NCBI GenBank assembly: GCA_964035545.1
Contig: OZ037765.1
Location: 9,124,698-9,188,697, forward strand
Direction: 5' to 3'
DNA: 64,000 nucleotides
From: Bugula neritina
Taxonomy: Eukaryota; Animalia; Bryozoa
Position 1 is the first letter of the stretch. Every line of letters begins with the position of its first letter. Positions 39,418 to 51,448 of the stretch are shown here, piece by piece. A program made the position numbers and the translations under genes. The notes under the pieces were generated by a model, which saw nothing but the letters and a program-made list of their open reading frames with translations, did no database searches and had not been told where the DNA came from.

Positions 39418-42400
39418 GTCTTCCCATTACTTGAGAGTTTTTTTTTTTTCTTAAACACTTCAATGGGTGAATTTATAGCCAGTATTTAGTAAGCAATAAA
39501 GAGGTTTAGGCATTGAACTCTGGCAGTAAACACAAGCTGTTAGATCATCTTTGTCTATGATGCAGACGAAGGGTGAATATATTAATTGTACCCTTGAGTT
39601 TAATTATAATTGCTTGAGCTTTATTTAGACTTTGTGTAAAACTTTGAAAATAAAATTAAGTTCAACTTTTCTTTGTTGTAGACTGTGATTTGTATGCAGT
39701 TTTTATGATGTTGAATGATACTGTAGGGCAGACAAAGAGAAATTGGAACAAAAGTATACGAATCTGCAGGAATCTTTGGCACACAGTCGAAAAGAACTGG
39801 CAAAGGTGAAGGAACAGATGCAGTCTTTAGAGACTGATAGATGTGCGGCTAAAGAAAAGGCAGATTATTTAGAGCAGGTGAATTTATGATATATTGATTA
39901 GGTCACTATCATCTTTTTAACTCAATACATTCAGTAGCCTTTGCTAGAAAAAGTGATCTGTATGCATGTAATAGTTCAGGCTGCAGTTTGATTCCAAATT
40001 CTTCTGGTGGATCTGTTACTGGCTGCTAATGGTGACCTTCTCTATTCAACAAATACTTAACATCCTAATAACTGTTTTTATAGGAGTTGGTAGCAGCTAG
40101 AAACAACAATAAAACTTGCCTGAGTGACCTTGAGTTCAAATATGACAAGGTCGCAGCTGACAGAGGTCAGCTGGAGAATCAGCTGGTGGAGAATCGGAAG
40201 GACTTGGAAGCTCAGCGGAAAGAAAATAACCGAATTTTAGAAGAAAATAAAAACTTTCGAATTGAAGTTAGCGATTTGCAAGCAGAACTAAAGGGAGCCA
40301 AGCATCGGTAAATCTACTTTTTGTTAAAATAAAACATTTTCGCTCATTTTGAGTAGCACTAGTGTGTTTCTTTTATTTTGCTTCTTTGTATGAATTTTAC
40401 TTGGTTTAGCATATGTAATAATATTCCTTGTTACCATCAGATATTAGGAGGTTTTATAAGCAGATGTTCAAACTCAAAATGAACCATGACATTCCTTTAC
40501 CATCTGATACGAGCTGCACTGCATGAATATAAAGGTTATCACCGGACAAATTATAGAATTACTGGTATTATTATACGTAGCTGATATCTTAATTAAATGT
40601 GATATTGGGTCTTCATTGATGTCCAATAGTGCGCATCAATTTAGGATTAGTTTGAATACATCATAATTTGAAAGATGAATTTATTGAACTGAGTTGAACT
40701 TTCATATTCAATATTCATATTAAAATTTCACCAGGCTTACTCCAAGTATGAATCTGTAGGTATATCGAGTTTGAAAAGGAAATGGAGGCATTGTCTCAAA
40801 GACATGAAGAAGAAGCCAGTGATTGGAAACAGTTTCAGAGCGACTTGCAAACTGCCGTAGTTATTGCTAATGCTATCAAAGCTGAAGCTGTTGAAGAAAA
40901 AGAACTGCTAGCTGAGAGAAACCGCGAGCTTCTTAGGAAGGTAAGTCTCAGTTCGAGCTTTGTTCCTCTATGTGCTGTGGTTAGGCTTTTTCTACACATG
41001 CTGTTGGTGGTAAAAATATATTCAATGCGTATATTATGTTTGCCAGTTGATTGCATATTTTAAAAACATTGTGCGTATTGTAATAGTAGAAATGAACTAG
41101 AAATATTATTTGCTTAAAACATTTTGTTAAAATGTCTTGAAACTGATATTTCAACCACGGTATGGTCATCGTCAGAGTGACATTTGTTGGAAATTGTTTA
41201 AAGCGATGGTGACAATGTCAAAATTTCATTAGTTTAGCATAGAATTTTTACCATTGAAATGAAGCTTTTATTTAACCTTTTTAGCATTGGATATCATAGT
41301 TTTAAATGATATATCTTTTGTTGAAGAATGAAGACTTACAGAAGCAAAGTAACATAATACAGGCAGAGCTAGACCGTGTAAAAGCACAGAAAGGTCTTGC
41401 TATTCTTCCCACAAGTGAAATTAAGAAGCATATACTAGGCAGTGATAGGGAATTGGCAGCTTTAAGACAAGGTAGGTATTTCTGTTGTTTAGAGAACAGG
41501 TGTGTGTTTCTGCATGTACCATAAAAATGTTTTAATGACTAACCATAAAACACTTCAAATGCTTCAAATTTTATATCTCTATGTGTTATGGTCAATAAAA
41601 TGGCTCTTATGCTGCTGATGTCTAGGAAATCCGTTGTTACTCTGTAGTCTACCGCTGTCCTAGTCATAACCATTTGTTTTGTTATTATACCAGTTCTCTT
41701 GTTAACTTAGAAGTTATTCTCTTCTCACACAAGTCAAGCTGTAGGTTTCTGCAGAAAATTATATCTGCGAACTTGACTAATTATTCTACTATTCATTCCT
41801 AAAGTCCTACTAGCTTTGAATATCTTCAAGCTTCTGTGGTTTGTGAAGACGACTCCTAATTGCACTTCTCAGTTGTTTTACAATGAGAAGACCAGGGAAG
41901 AGAGAGACTGTTGAGTTGCAACAATGACTTAACAATAATTATTATGTATCTTTCAACTTTTTGGAGTTGTCAATTTTTCAAAAATACATTATGTACTATA
42001 ATTAGTTAAAATTCATAAGAATATGTAGATTTTCTTATAGCTAATAGCAAGCGGTTTTATTTGAATGTATGTTTGGTATTACAGGAAGAAGATCAAGTGA
42101 CATAAAAGGCAATCAGAACATAGTGTCAGTGAAATCGTTGATAAAGACAATCGAAGGTCATGGGTCGCTGGGCTCTTCCACAGGGTCTTCTCGTCGGGGC
42201 AGTTCAGACAGTTTAAACAGTCCAACCAGTACTTCTATATCTTTCAATAGTCACATGGATTCCAATAGTAGAAACAGTCCTGAGCGTCGCACTAGTAACC
42301 ATAACAACAACAACGACAACGTTCCCCTTAGGTCGGCTTTGAAAAAGCCTAAAGACTCTGAAGACAAGTCCAATAACAGCAGAAATCGAGGGAAAATGTT

Positions 42401-44322
42401 TGAGAAGACCAGTTCTCCTGTCATTGAGTCACTTCGGCCTGTGTCTGCGGAGAATAGCGTTAGCTCCTTACTTTCTATCCGAACGTATGTTATTAACTTT
42501 CTAGAGAGTATCTAATACGCTTATCTGTAGCCCATAGATAGAAAAATAAAACTCTACCCTGTGATTATTATGTTAGGCTGTTAAAGTTTAAAGTATAGAG
42601 TATGGATAATTACTTTTGATACTGTGGCCTTAGTGTTTTGTACTTATCGCTTACTTTTGACACTTTTCAGTGATGCAGATCATTCGGAAAAGTCATACGA
42701 CCCTCTAGCTAAGTTAGTAAAGCAGACAGGTGGATCCAAGCGTAACGCCTTACTTAAATGGTGTCAACAAAAATCTAAGGGTTATCGGTAGGTTTTTAAT
42801 CTTTATTAAATTCATGATTTAGAAATTCAGAAACTGATAAGAGTAGTATTCTTTGACCAGTGTTGCATAGGAACTTAGAGCATTGAGCTGTGATATAAGA
42901 GGTGTTTATTTTAAGCAGCAAAGGTGTTAGCTCATTAAATTTAAATGTGGTCATGATATGGTTATGTCGTATGTATCATTAATTCCTAGTCTTCTGTTAC
43001 TTTGATAGGGAGGTGGATATCACTAATTTTAGTAGCAGTTGGAATGATGGACTGGCATTTTGTGCTCTTCTTCATAATTACATTCCCAATTTAGTCAACT
43101 ATGATGAGCTATTAAAGCGCCATGATAAGGTACAAATTTTATATATTTTGTGCGTTTATAGATCATTGTTTATTGTCAAGTTATGCTCCCCAAAAAGTCA
43201 CATATAGTTGGCTAACTCCTAACTTGTCTAATTTATTGTAAATATGGAATTTGCTGTAGAATTGTCCTACCCCATCGAACTTGTGAAGTATTGTTTCCTA
43301 ATATTAACAATGGCTACTATTTTTGTTGAAAGCCAAATAGTAATATAGTAACATAAAAGCTTGAGTGTTCATGCAAGGTTTAAATTGGGTTTTGCCCTGT
43401 TTACAGCTGCAACTCAAATATAATTAAAACAATTGATATTACTAAATAACCATTAATTTAACCGTAAACTAAGTATTTTACCAGTTTGAATGATTTTTGT
43501 CACCAGATACTATACTTGCGAACCTAATCATTAAAGTAACAAAATTATTACCTGCTATATTCATCAGAAAACAGTGCAAGCAATTTCTCCTCAGAACACA
43601 TCAAAGGGCTCAAGTTCTCAATTTTCTGCTGGGTGGGCAACTCCATTAATTATTGCCACATTTAAATGATAGTATGTATTTTGTTTTAGAGAGAGAATTT
43701 CTCAGTTGCATTTCAAGCTGCAGAATCTGTGGGCATTTCTGCAAAACTAGTAAGTAGCTGACAAAATATTTATGAGCAATAATTAGCATTGTTACTTGTT
43801 AGTATATATTGTTAGCCTTGCTATTTTTTTTTGTCTTATTAACTCATTAATGAAGGTGTTTATAAAGGGCTGTGAGTTTTATTGCAAACAAAATAATGAA
43901 CAGAAATTTTATGTTCGACTTTCTAATTAAAACCCACTCTTCAATTATTTAACTTATTATATTGTTTTCACATCCATTATCAAGTTTAGTTCAACTTAGC
44001 AAGAAATATCATATTAAAAGTACTTCTGCTTATAGTAAACCTGATTTTGCTCTATAAATATAAGAAATATTTTTCAATTTACTGTTTGACAATTTCTACA
44101 TACAGCAGCAAAATAATTCGTCTTGGGCATACCTTTTACTAATTTTATAGTGTATTTGTTTTTGAAATTAATGCAAACGCTTCCAGTTGCAAAGTTCGCT
44201 TTGAAATATTATTATTACACATTTTGTAGGATGTTGATGAGATGGTTTCCATTGAAAGACCAGACTGGCAACTAGTAATGTCCTATGTTACTAGTCTATA
44301 CCAGCATTTTGAAGGAGATTAA
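23346..44322 (+). CDS. SPECC1L: Cytospin (SPECC1/SPECC1L-like) coiled-coil and calponin-homology protein
   Basis: About 19 phase-compatible exons. Ser-rich N-terminus; [34 protein letters not shown]...[17 protein letters not shown]; [17 protein letters not shown]; SVKSLIK; C-terminal CH domain [13 protein letters not shown]...[20 protein letters not shown]...[21 protein letters not shown] (TAA at 44320-44322). Confidence 0.92.
28063..28230 (+). mobile_element. Degenerate tRNA-derived SINE
   Basis: A-box-like TGGTCTAGGGG and B-box-like GGTTTGAACCC about 40 nt apart, followed by GGTGATGTTAGGAAGAGCATCCAGTC, which resembles the AGGAAGGGCATCCGG tail motif of invertebrate SINE/RTE elements. Confidence 0.55.
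33400..33600 (+). promoter_or_regulatory. Putative internal promoter of cytospin
   Basis: CpG-rich patch within a CpG-poor intron. Two ATTGG (CCAAT) boxes, a GGCGTGG GC/KLF box, an overlapping CACGTG E-box and TGAGTCA AP-1 site, and TGTAAAC, directly upstream of the ATG at 33661. Confidence 0.6.
33661..34289 (+). CDS. Alternative first coding exon of cytospin ([11 protein letters not shown]...)
   Basis: 209-codon ORF ending at CAG|gtaatg in phase 2. This is the same phase as the upstream exon ending at 30380, so it splices in frame to the exon starting at 37034 (STNEELQ). Confidence 0.7.
39336..39414. repeat. (TA)n microsatellite, about 39 units
   Basis: Perfect tandem TA in a cytospin intron. 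Confidence 0.98.
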
Positions 44323-45277
44323 TCTGAACTACTTCTATATATTTTATAATTTCGACTCATCTGTATTGCATTTATTACTATCATTTCATAGACATGTATT
44401 TTGTACATTTGTACTCTCTATTTATTCACCCCAGTCTAGCCCTATCCCATGTTTTATTATATTTTACTTACTGTTATATATTTAACTTGATGCATGCCAT
44501 AATTATTATAGTTATTTTTATATTGTGCTCAACCAAAGTATTTTCGCAGCTCACTCCATTTGCATGTACTTGCTACTCCACTGGGCATGTAGAGTTTTTA
44601 TTATGATATTGTAATTAGCAGTCTGTTTCAAAGCTCTAGGTACCTGTACACATTTAGATATTATTCTCAGTGATTATTGTATCTAGTCAGGGATTTGAAA
44701 ATGGTCCAGTGCATAAATTCATGTATAATATAGTAACTAGTATAATGTTTTATTTTAAACTGTCAGTTGGTCTTGCATAGTACAATAATACAAAACATAA
44801 GAATTTTGTTTGCAATGTACTGTTAGTTTGAGTAACATGTAAAGCATAAACTGAAAAGTAGGAAAGAGCATGATATAAAAAATATTATATGCAAAAAAAT
44901 GATTGTATCGTTGAAATGTTACGGTTAAGTAAAACATGATAGCAATTGTAGAGAGCAAATACAAAATTCAATTCAAAAATAAATCACACCTGTTATAAGC
45001 ATGATATATTACATAAAAGTATCAAAGGTAAAAAAACTTGAGAATTTACCTATATCTATTTTAAACTATACAATTTTCATTGAAATAAATATAAGTTTTT
45101 AATCCTGATAAAATTTATCAAGCAAAGTAGAAAGGTGAGACTTAAAGTGCATATAAAGCTGCATATAGTATACTGAATTAATATTAACTTTGCAAGTGGA
45201 ATGTTAACAAATAACGTTATGTTATATTAAGTAGTGCAGATCTGCTTTTTTTTCTCGCGGAACACTAATTTGATCTA

Positions 45278-48200
45278 TTAGAAATTTTCTTTGTTATACA
45301 CAAACTTGGCTCCATCAGTTGAACTGTGTTTGTTAGACATAGCATGCAAGGTGTCTGACAAGACGGCCGGACCACAGAAGAATACTCCTATACTTGTTTT
45401 TGGGTGATCTTGCGATGTCTTGGAAAATATCTGGTCCCAGTTTGGTCTTCCATAATTTGTCTTCTGCTGCAGTCCTGCACAAGTACATTTCAATTCCGAC
45501 TGTACACTAGTAAACTAGTGCTAGCAGGTCTGTTACTCATATGACATAATGGCTTGAGATGATGAAATATGTTTCATGTAACTAAAGCTTACACTTACTG
45601 CATGGATTAATGAACATGAAACGTTGAAACCTAACAGAATAGTACACTGTAAAGGTGAACTATTGCAGAGCAAGGGTCACAATATTATATCACGCCAGGT
45701 AGGAAAAACATTTATAAGTCTGCAATACTACAAAAAAGGTTCGTATATCTAGCTTGTACTTAGAATTAGATGTTGAAATCAATAGTATAATTATTAGATT
45801 TGTAACGACAAATTGGTGACTATATGGCATATAGCAATAAGGAATATAAGTTTTTAAAGTTACAGTATGCATAAAAAAACTTTCTTGCTTATATTTTAAA
45901 AGGTATTTTTTGAAAATTCACACAAGTTTGAACATAGTTGTGTAATCACATTAAAGCTATATGAAGCCATTACTTTTTCGCACATCTGTTTACCTGATCA
46001 TGCGCAAGTTTCTCTTCATGATACAAACCTCAAAGGCAAGCTTCTGTCTTAGAAAATTATATTATAAAGCTCAAATAGATATAATATAATGCTGATAAAA
46101 GAACGGATGGTTTTACAAAAAGGATTTCTAAGAAGTTGTATTAACTATTTTTTCAAATAATGATAATCTACTATATCAACATATGGGCAGTGAAGCGCAA
46201 CTGAGTCTAATATATACTGGAAGGATTCCAGGCACTATAGTACATAGAGGAGACAACAAATACCTGTAACTACGTCTACCTCTTCTTCTTCGTGCAGTGC
46301 TACATTTCTTGCAAAATTTGTATCCCAGCCTCTAGTAAGGAATATTTTATGAGTGAGAAAATCAGCACAATCTTTCTCATCCATCTGGTCTTCCAAATGA
46401 CCCAGCAAATCAGAGAACCTATGAAATAAAAAACTAATTTGATTCGTGGAAAAATTGATGCAATACTTATAAACGTTTTATCTAACATTCACCAAATTGC
46501 ACTAATGATGTTTTGTCCAGATAGCTGACTTGCGAATAGAGTTACCATTCAAAGGCATTTGTGTCTGGGCATATCCAATAGAAATAAACTTTCTTGAGCT
46601 TGCAGTTTCCAACGTTATTCTCCTTGCTCTGAATGTAGGTGTACCACATATGCTTCATTATTGAAGCAAATGGAGTGACCCCAATGCCAGCACCAACCAA
46701 TATGTCAACCTACATTTCAAATATTAACATTGTTTAGCATTGACAGTGTTATTATCAGTAAACTAGTAGCAGACATTATAAATGGGCATATGCTATAGTG
46801 TACTCATACAGCAGCACTGTAAAATGGTAGTAAATGTTTGCACTCTACTTGACTAATGCTTAGTTCCGACAATGCTGCGTTAATCAGTAGATAAAACCTA
46901 ATGTATCTAGGGCCTACGCTAACAAATCCCGATCCCAGTGACAATCAAAATTACTAGTGGAACTTTCATTATATACAGCAGTACACATCTGGATAACGTT
47001 TCACAGCCTAAATGATTGTCAAGCTGAGTGATTAAGAAATGATTCAGCTTATGACTCACTAATATTTGTTAAACTTTTTTTGGATTTTGTGATCTAAACC
47101 CCAGAAGATGTCAACCACAAGTTTAGTCCAACTTTTAAAACGCTTTCACTCTACATGAGTGTTTAAAAATGGAATAAGTATACAATGTGGGTAATGACCT
47201 CGTACTGGTCCCAATCTTCACTGGCAGTTCCAAATGGACCATCAACTGCTAACAGAGGCATTTTTGATGGATCTTGAAACTCTTGTTCGTCAGCACCGAT
47301 AGCTTTAGCTAAAGCTTCTGTCCAATCCCCTGTTTAAACATCAGGTTAACATAATAATTAATCTACGACAAATATCATGCAAATAATAAGCGTCAAGCAA
47401 AATGAAGACAACTATCTCTATTAGAACTCTAAGAATAAATTGACCCTTTCAAATGCTCCTTTTGCTTTATTTTTAACTTGAAATTATTTCCCCTATCAGA
47501 AGATTTCCTTTGACCTTGTTATTACCATCAATATACGATGTATTTGTAATGAAGTTCCTTCCATGGTCATGAAAGTGGAAAAAAGAACCTAGTAAACTAT
47601 AGCCAAGTGTGATATCCAACAACTTCTTGACAAAGTTAGAGCAGCACAACATCTACACAATACTAATATTGAGTGATGATCTTTACACATATACATACTA
47701 AAGGGTAGAGACCAAAAGATACTTTGACAACAACTTGCACTAATAATAGAAATATGTCAATTTTTCACGCAAATAGTTTTACAAGTACATCAACTGTAAT
47801 TCAACTTTAATCTGCAGGCCTGCTACAAATTTGCCTTGTATATGTCATAAGCATATATTAAAAGAAAAAGCACACATATTGTATGAGTATATCTGTACAC
47901 AAAGATCGAGGGCTGGATAAAGCACACTACATACCAACTATCCTAATATGTACACTGAAGTAGTCCTCTTCAGGTGATGACGTGAGAGTAAAAGGATGCC
48001 ATTCAGTTCTAGAGATGGAGGGGCATTTGATAAATATGTACTGACCAGCCTCCATACTGAACCCATCTTTCTGCATTTGTAGTTCAATCACTTTAGATGG
48101 ATGCTTCACTGCCTAGACATTAGTAATTTATATTCATGTATTAATAACATTCAGCCAACATTTTATCATCTGATGATCATTGTAAAACACCAGAAAAATT

Positions 48201-49242
48201 TCCAACTGCTTGTAATTTAATTATTAGATCAATTTTAGCAAGAAAAAACGACATTTTTATACAAACTCAATTAGCTGAATCATATATAAACACTCATTAT
48301 ATGGCAACTTACTTTAGAAATGGTAACTTTTTGGAAACTTCTGGCAACCCTGATAAGTCGTTCTATAATGTACAAAACTATTGGTCCAATGATCCAAAAG
48401 TAAGTGCTGGGTGTATTGGACTGAAATTCTGGTAACGGACATTTAGGCTCTACCAGCACGCCATTTTCAACTCGGCCCCAATCACTGAACTTGTCACCAC
48501 AGTACAGCACATCATGACTCGCATCTTGAGAACGAACAACACCCCTTAGTCCATGAACCAGTACAAAAGCAAAGAAGATCACAAAAATGTGATGAGTGAA
48601 CCAAAATATCTCAAAATAAGATCTTCGAATAAACTCTGTTGCAGAAAACACTATAACAATCAGGGTGAGAGTGATTATAATCCCCGAGACAGCTGGAAAA
48701 ATCTGGAATGCTTCGAGTACACTGTGACTATTTCTATTACATACTGGATTCACCCAAGCCGTAGCATTTGCCAAGACGGGACAACGCCCAGTTCCTAGAG
48801 AGCTCAGTTGGTAAGCAGAAACGTTACCAACTGAAATACCAGTATTAGACGACTGAGCAGCAACGTACTGTTCAACATTATAGCAGTGTGCCACTGTGTG
48901 AATAGTTGTCCAGAAACAAATAGCATACGCTGACAGTTTATGGAAGCTGATGTTTTCATCCAACAACCGTCTTAAAGATCGAAGACAGCATTTGCAAAGA
49001 TATCTTCGAGTAAATGACAACAGGTTCCTACACACCGGCAATAATATCAGCATACAGTTAAAATTCAAACAGTTCGCCGGAGCTCGAGCAAACGCTAATC
49101 CAAATCCCAGAATCCTTCGAGTATAAGCAAACATTGGATCCGTATGAAAATAATAAAAATAGTAGCCAAATAGTCCTGCTTGAATTCCAGCCCATACAAA
49201 TAGAGCTATCCAAGATGGAACTTCATTCTTCAGTACTCCCAT
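45278..49242 (-). CDS. CYBB: NADPH oxidase, NOX1/2/3 (gp91phox/CYBB) type
   Basis: Exons 49242-48313, 48112-47935, 47329-47199, 46709-46546, 46418-46264, 45474-45278. Motifs: [19 protein letters not shown], haem histidines (FHK...HTVAH; FWFTHH...VHG), [39 protein letters not shown] and terminal KENF. No EF-hand or peroxidase domain. Confidence 0.93.
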
Positions 49243-50409
49243 TTTGAGGTCAAGCTTAGAGATCCTATGAAAACAAATTGCAATTCGTATCACCTAATGT
49301 CTACTGAATAAACGTTTAATTGTAGCTATTTATCTAGTGTTGAAGATTCACACCATAAGAATTAAGCTTATTATATATAACAATGCTTTTTTTTACTGAA
49401 GCCATGCAATATGATTCCAGTTCATCCAATTGAATTTATTCCATTAGTTTTCACATGACTGGAGCTACACTATCAAATTACTTCAATACAATCATACATG
49501 TGTGTCAGCCATTATTACTTCATGATGCCAGTTAATGCCCTACTAACAAGTAGATAACGGCAGAGATGCTGTGTAAGCATATTATTCATTTAATTATATT
49601 GTCACTAATTTAAGCACCTCATCAGATTTCAAATGAGTCATAACTGCACTGAGATTATAAAACTATCTCTAAAATGTTATGGCAGGATCTAGCTGAAATG
49701 TTTCCAGAAATCTACTTGGATATTTTATGATAAACAACTCATATAACTACAAAAACACAGCATGGTTTGTAAAAAAAATTGACTTGAATTCAGTTAGAAA
49801 AGTAAAATACTCATACAAGGCCTTTAGGAGAAGAAAACTCCTAACATACTTTAATACATTTTAATATACATCACAACCTTGCATTTATTTTAAAAGCATC
49901 AGTGTAGTGGCAAAAAGTTATTAATGCCTTGAATTTCTTATAAAGAGTACAATGCTTTAAATTACCTCAACTCAAAACTTGAACTTTGTAATGTTTAACA
50001 ATAAAAGCGAGTTGTAAGTTACATAAAATTACTTTGCAACAGGATTTTGAATGCCATACTTTTTTTCTGAAACACATGCTTTACAAATCTTTCTTGAACG
50101 TCAACTTGACTCCATAAAGTGAAGTATATGTAATACTGTAATGATCAAACATATATAAGTTGTAAAATTTAATAGAAAATTGGCAAGTTGAAGCTTTGAA
50201 CTATCCAGTTTCAGCATACTGAAAACTTTTGCCTAGACCCGAGTCCTGACTCGATTTGCTGCAACTTTGATCCAACAATAATATATCAAAATTATAAATA
50301 ATACTACTAAATAATAACATTAAAATAATGATAGTACTAATCAATTAATAAGGACATAAGAACAATAATCATTATTAATAATTATCATAATTCATAAGTG
50401 ACAACAAAA

Positions 50410-50790
50410 AAAATCTTGTGGATTTCAACATGGACAGAGATATCATAGCCAAGAGCCTTAATACTGTGGTAGTTGACAAGAGTAACACATAAACAATGAT
50501 CATTGATATAGCTGCCCCTGTCTACATGGTGAGTGAGAATAACTCAAAGAAAACATACCAGCATCTAGCATTAGAGCTCATGTGAACTTGGAAAACTACA
50601 ACAAGTCATCCTAATAGTAAATGAATGATACTACTTGAGATAGCTGAGGAAAATTATACATTGATTAAAGAGACAGCCCTACTAGAATTAACTCACAAAT
50701 TTCCTCTCCATCCCAGATTAGTAGAACTACTACTATGTCAATAGGAGCAGATCATGACATCAAAAAAGCTGTGATACAAACAAAGATCAT
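50410..50790 (+). mobile_element. Decayed 3' fragment of an R4/Dong-like non-LTR retrotransposon (restriction-like endonuclease region)
   Basis: Frameshifted translation remnants KILW(D)F, DIIAKSLNTVVVDK, MIIDIAAP, YQHLALELM*TW and VILIV match the RLE consensus KILWDF..RPDIVVVDK..IIDIAxP..KYQDLA.EL..W..VIPIV. Confidence 0.65.
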
Positions 50791-51175
50791 AACAATCATA
50801 GTCATGATGATCATATGCATTACAACCTAATGAAGCTTGGTTAACATCAGGAGATTACACAAGCAAATATCTGTGATACAACTAATCATAATAACAATAA
50901 CTTAATAAGTCAATAACACTAATAATAATAACACTAAATATTATCACTTATAAGCATGAACGAATAGAACAAATTAAAAGTACTAATTGCATCATTATAT
51001 TAATATTATAACCTAAAATCACAGTATCAGTATGATACTAAGTATGAGAAATTTACATTTAGTAATGTGACAATTATTATTTGTGCAAAAATAATATTGA
51101 AACTAATAGTAATACTTGTGTCAATAGCAATCATTGAGTTTATCAATTTATTATCACCAAGTTTGTGATGAGCAT

Positions 51176-51407
51176 TGTTTTATGTTGATTTGTGATATTA
51201 TTTCAGCTATCGTGAAAAGACAGAACGTGCTCGAGTTAGTTGATAAACGTAAGAGGCCGAAGCCGTGATTTATTACCACAATATATATACACGAAAATAC
51301 TAAAACTATTACAATAAGTGATACAATTAATTATTAAGATTATGACAAAAAATAGTAAAATAATAAAATAACAAATTAGAAATAAATGTTTACATGAACA
51401 CCGAACA
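51176..51407 (-). repeat. 3' LTR (232 bp)
   Basis: Identical by eye to 55274-55505; contains TATATATA and AATAAA on the minus strand. Confidence 0.97.
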
Positions 51408-51448
51408 TCTCCCACAGAATAGAAAAAAGCTATTTAGATATGATTGTT

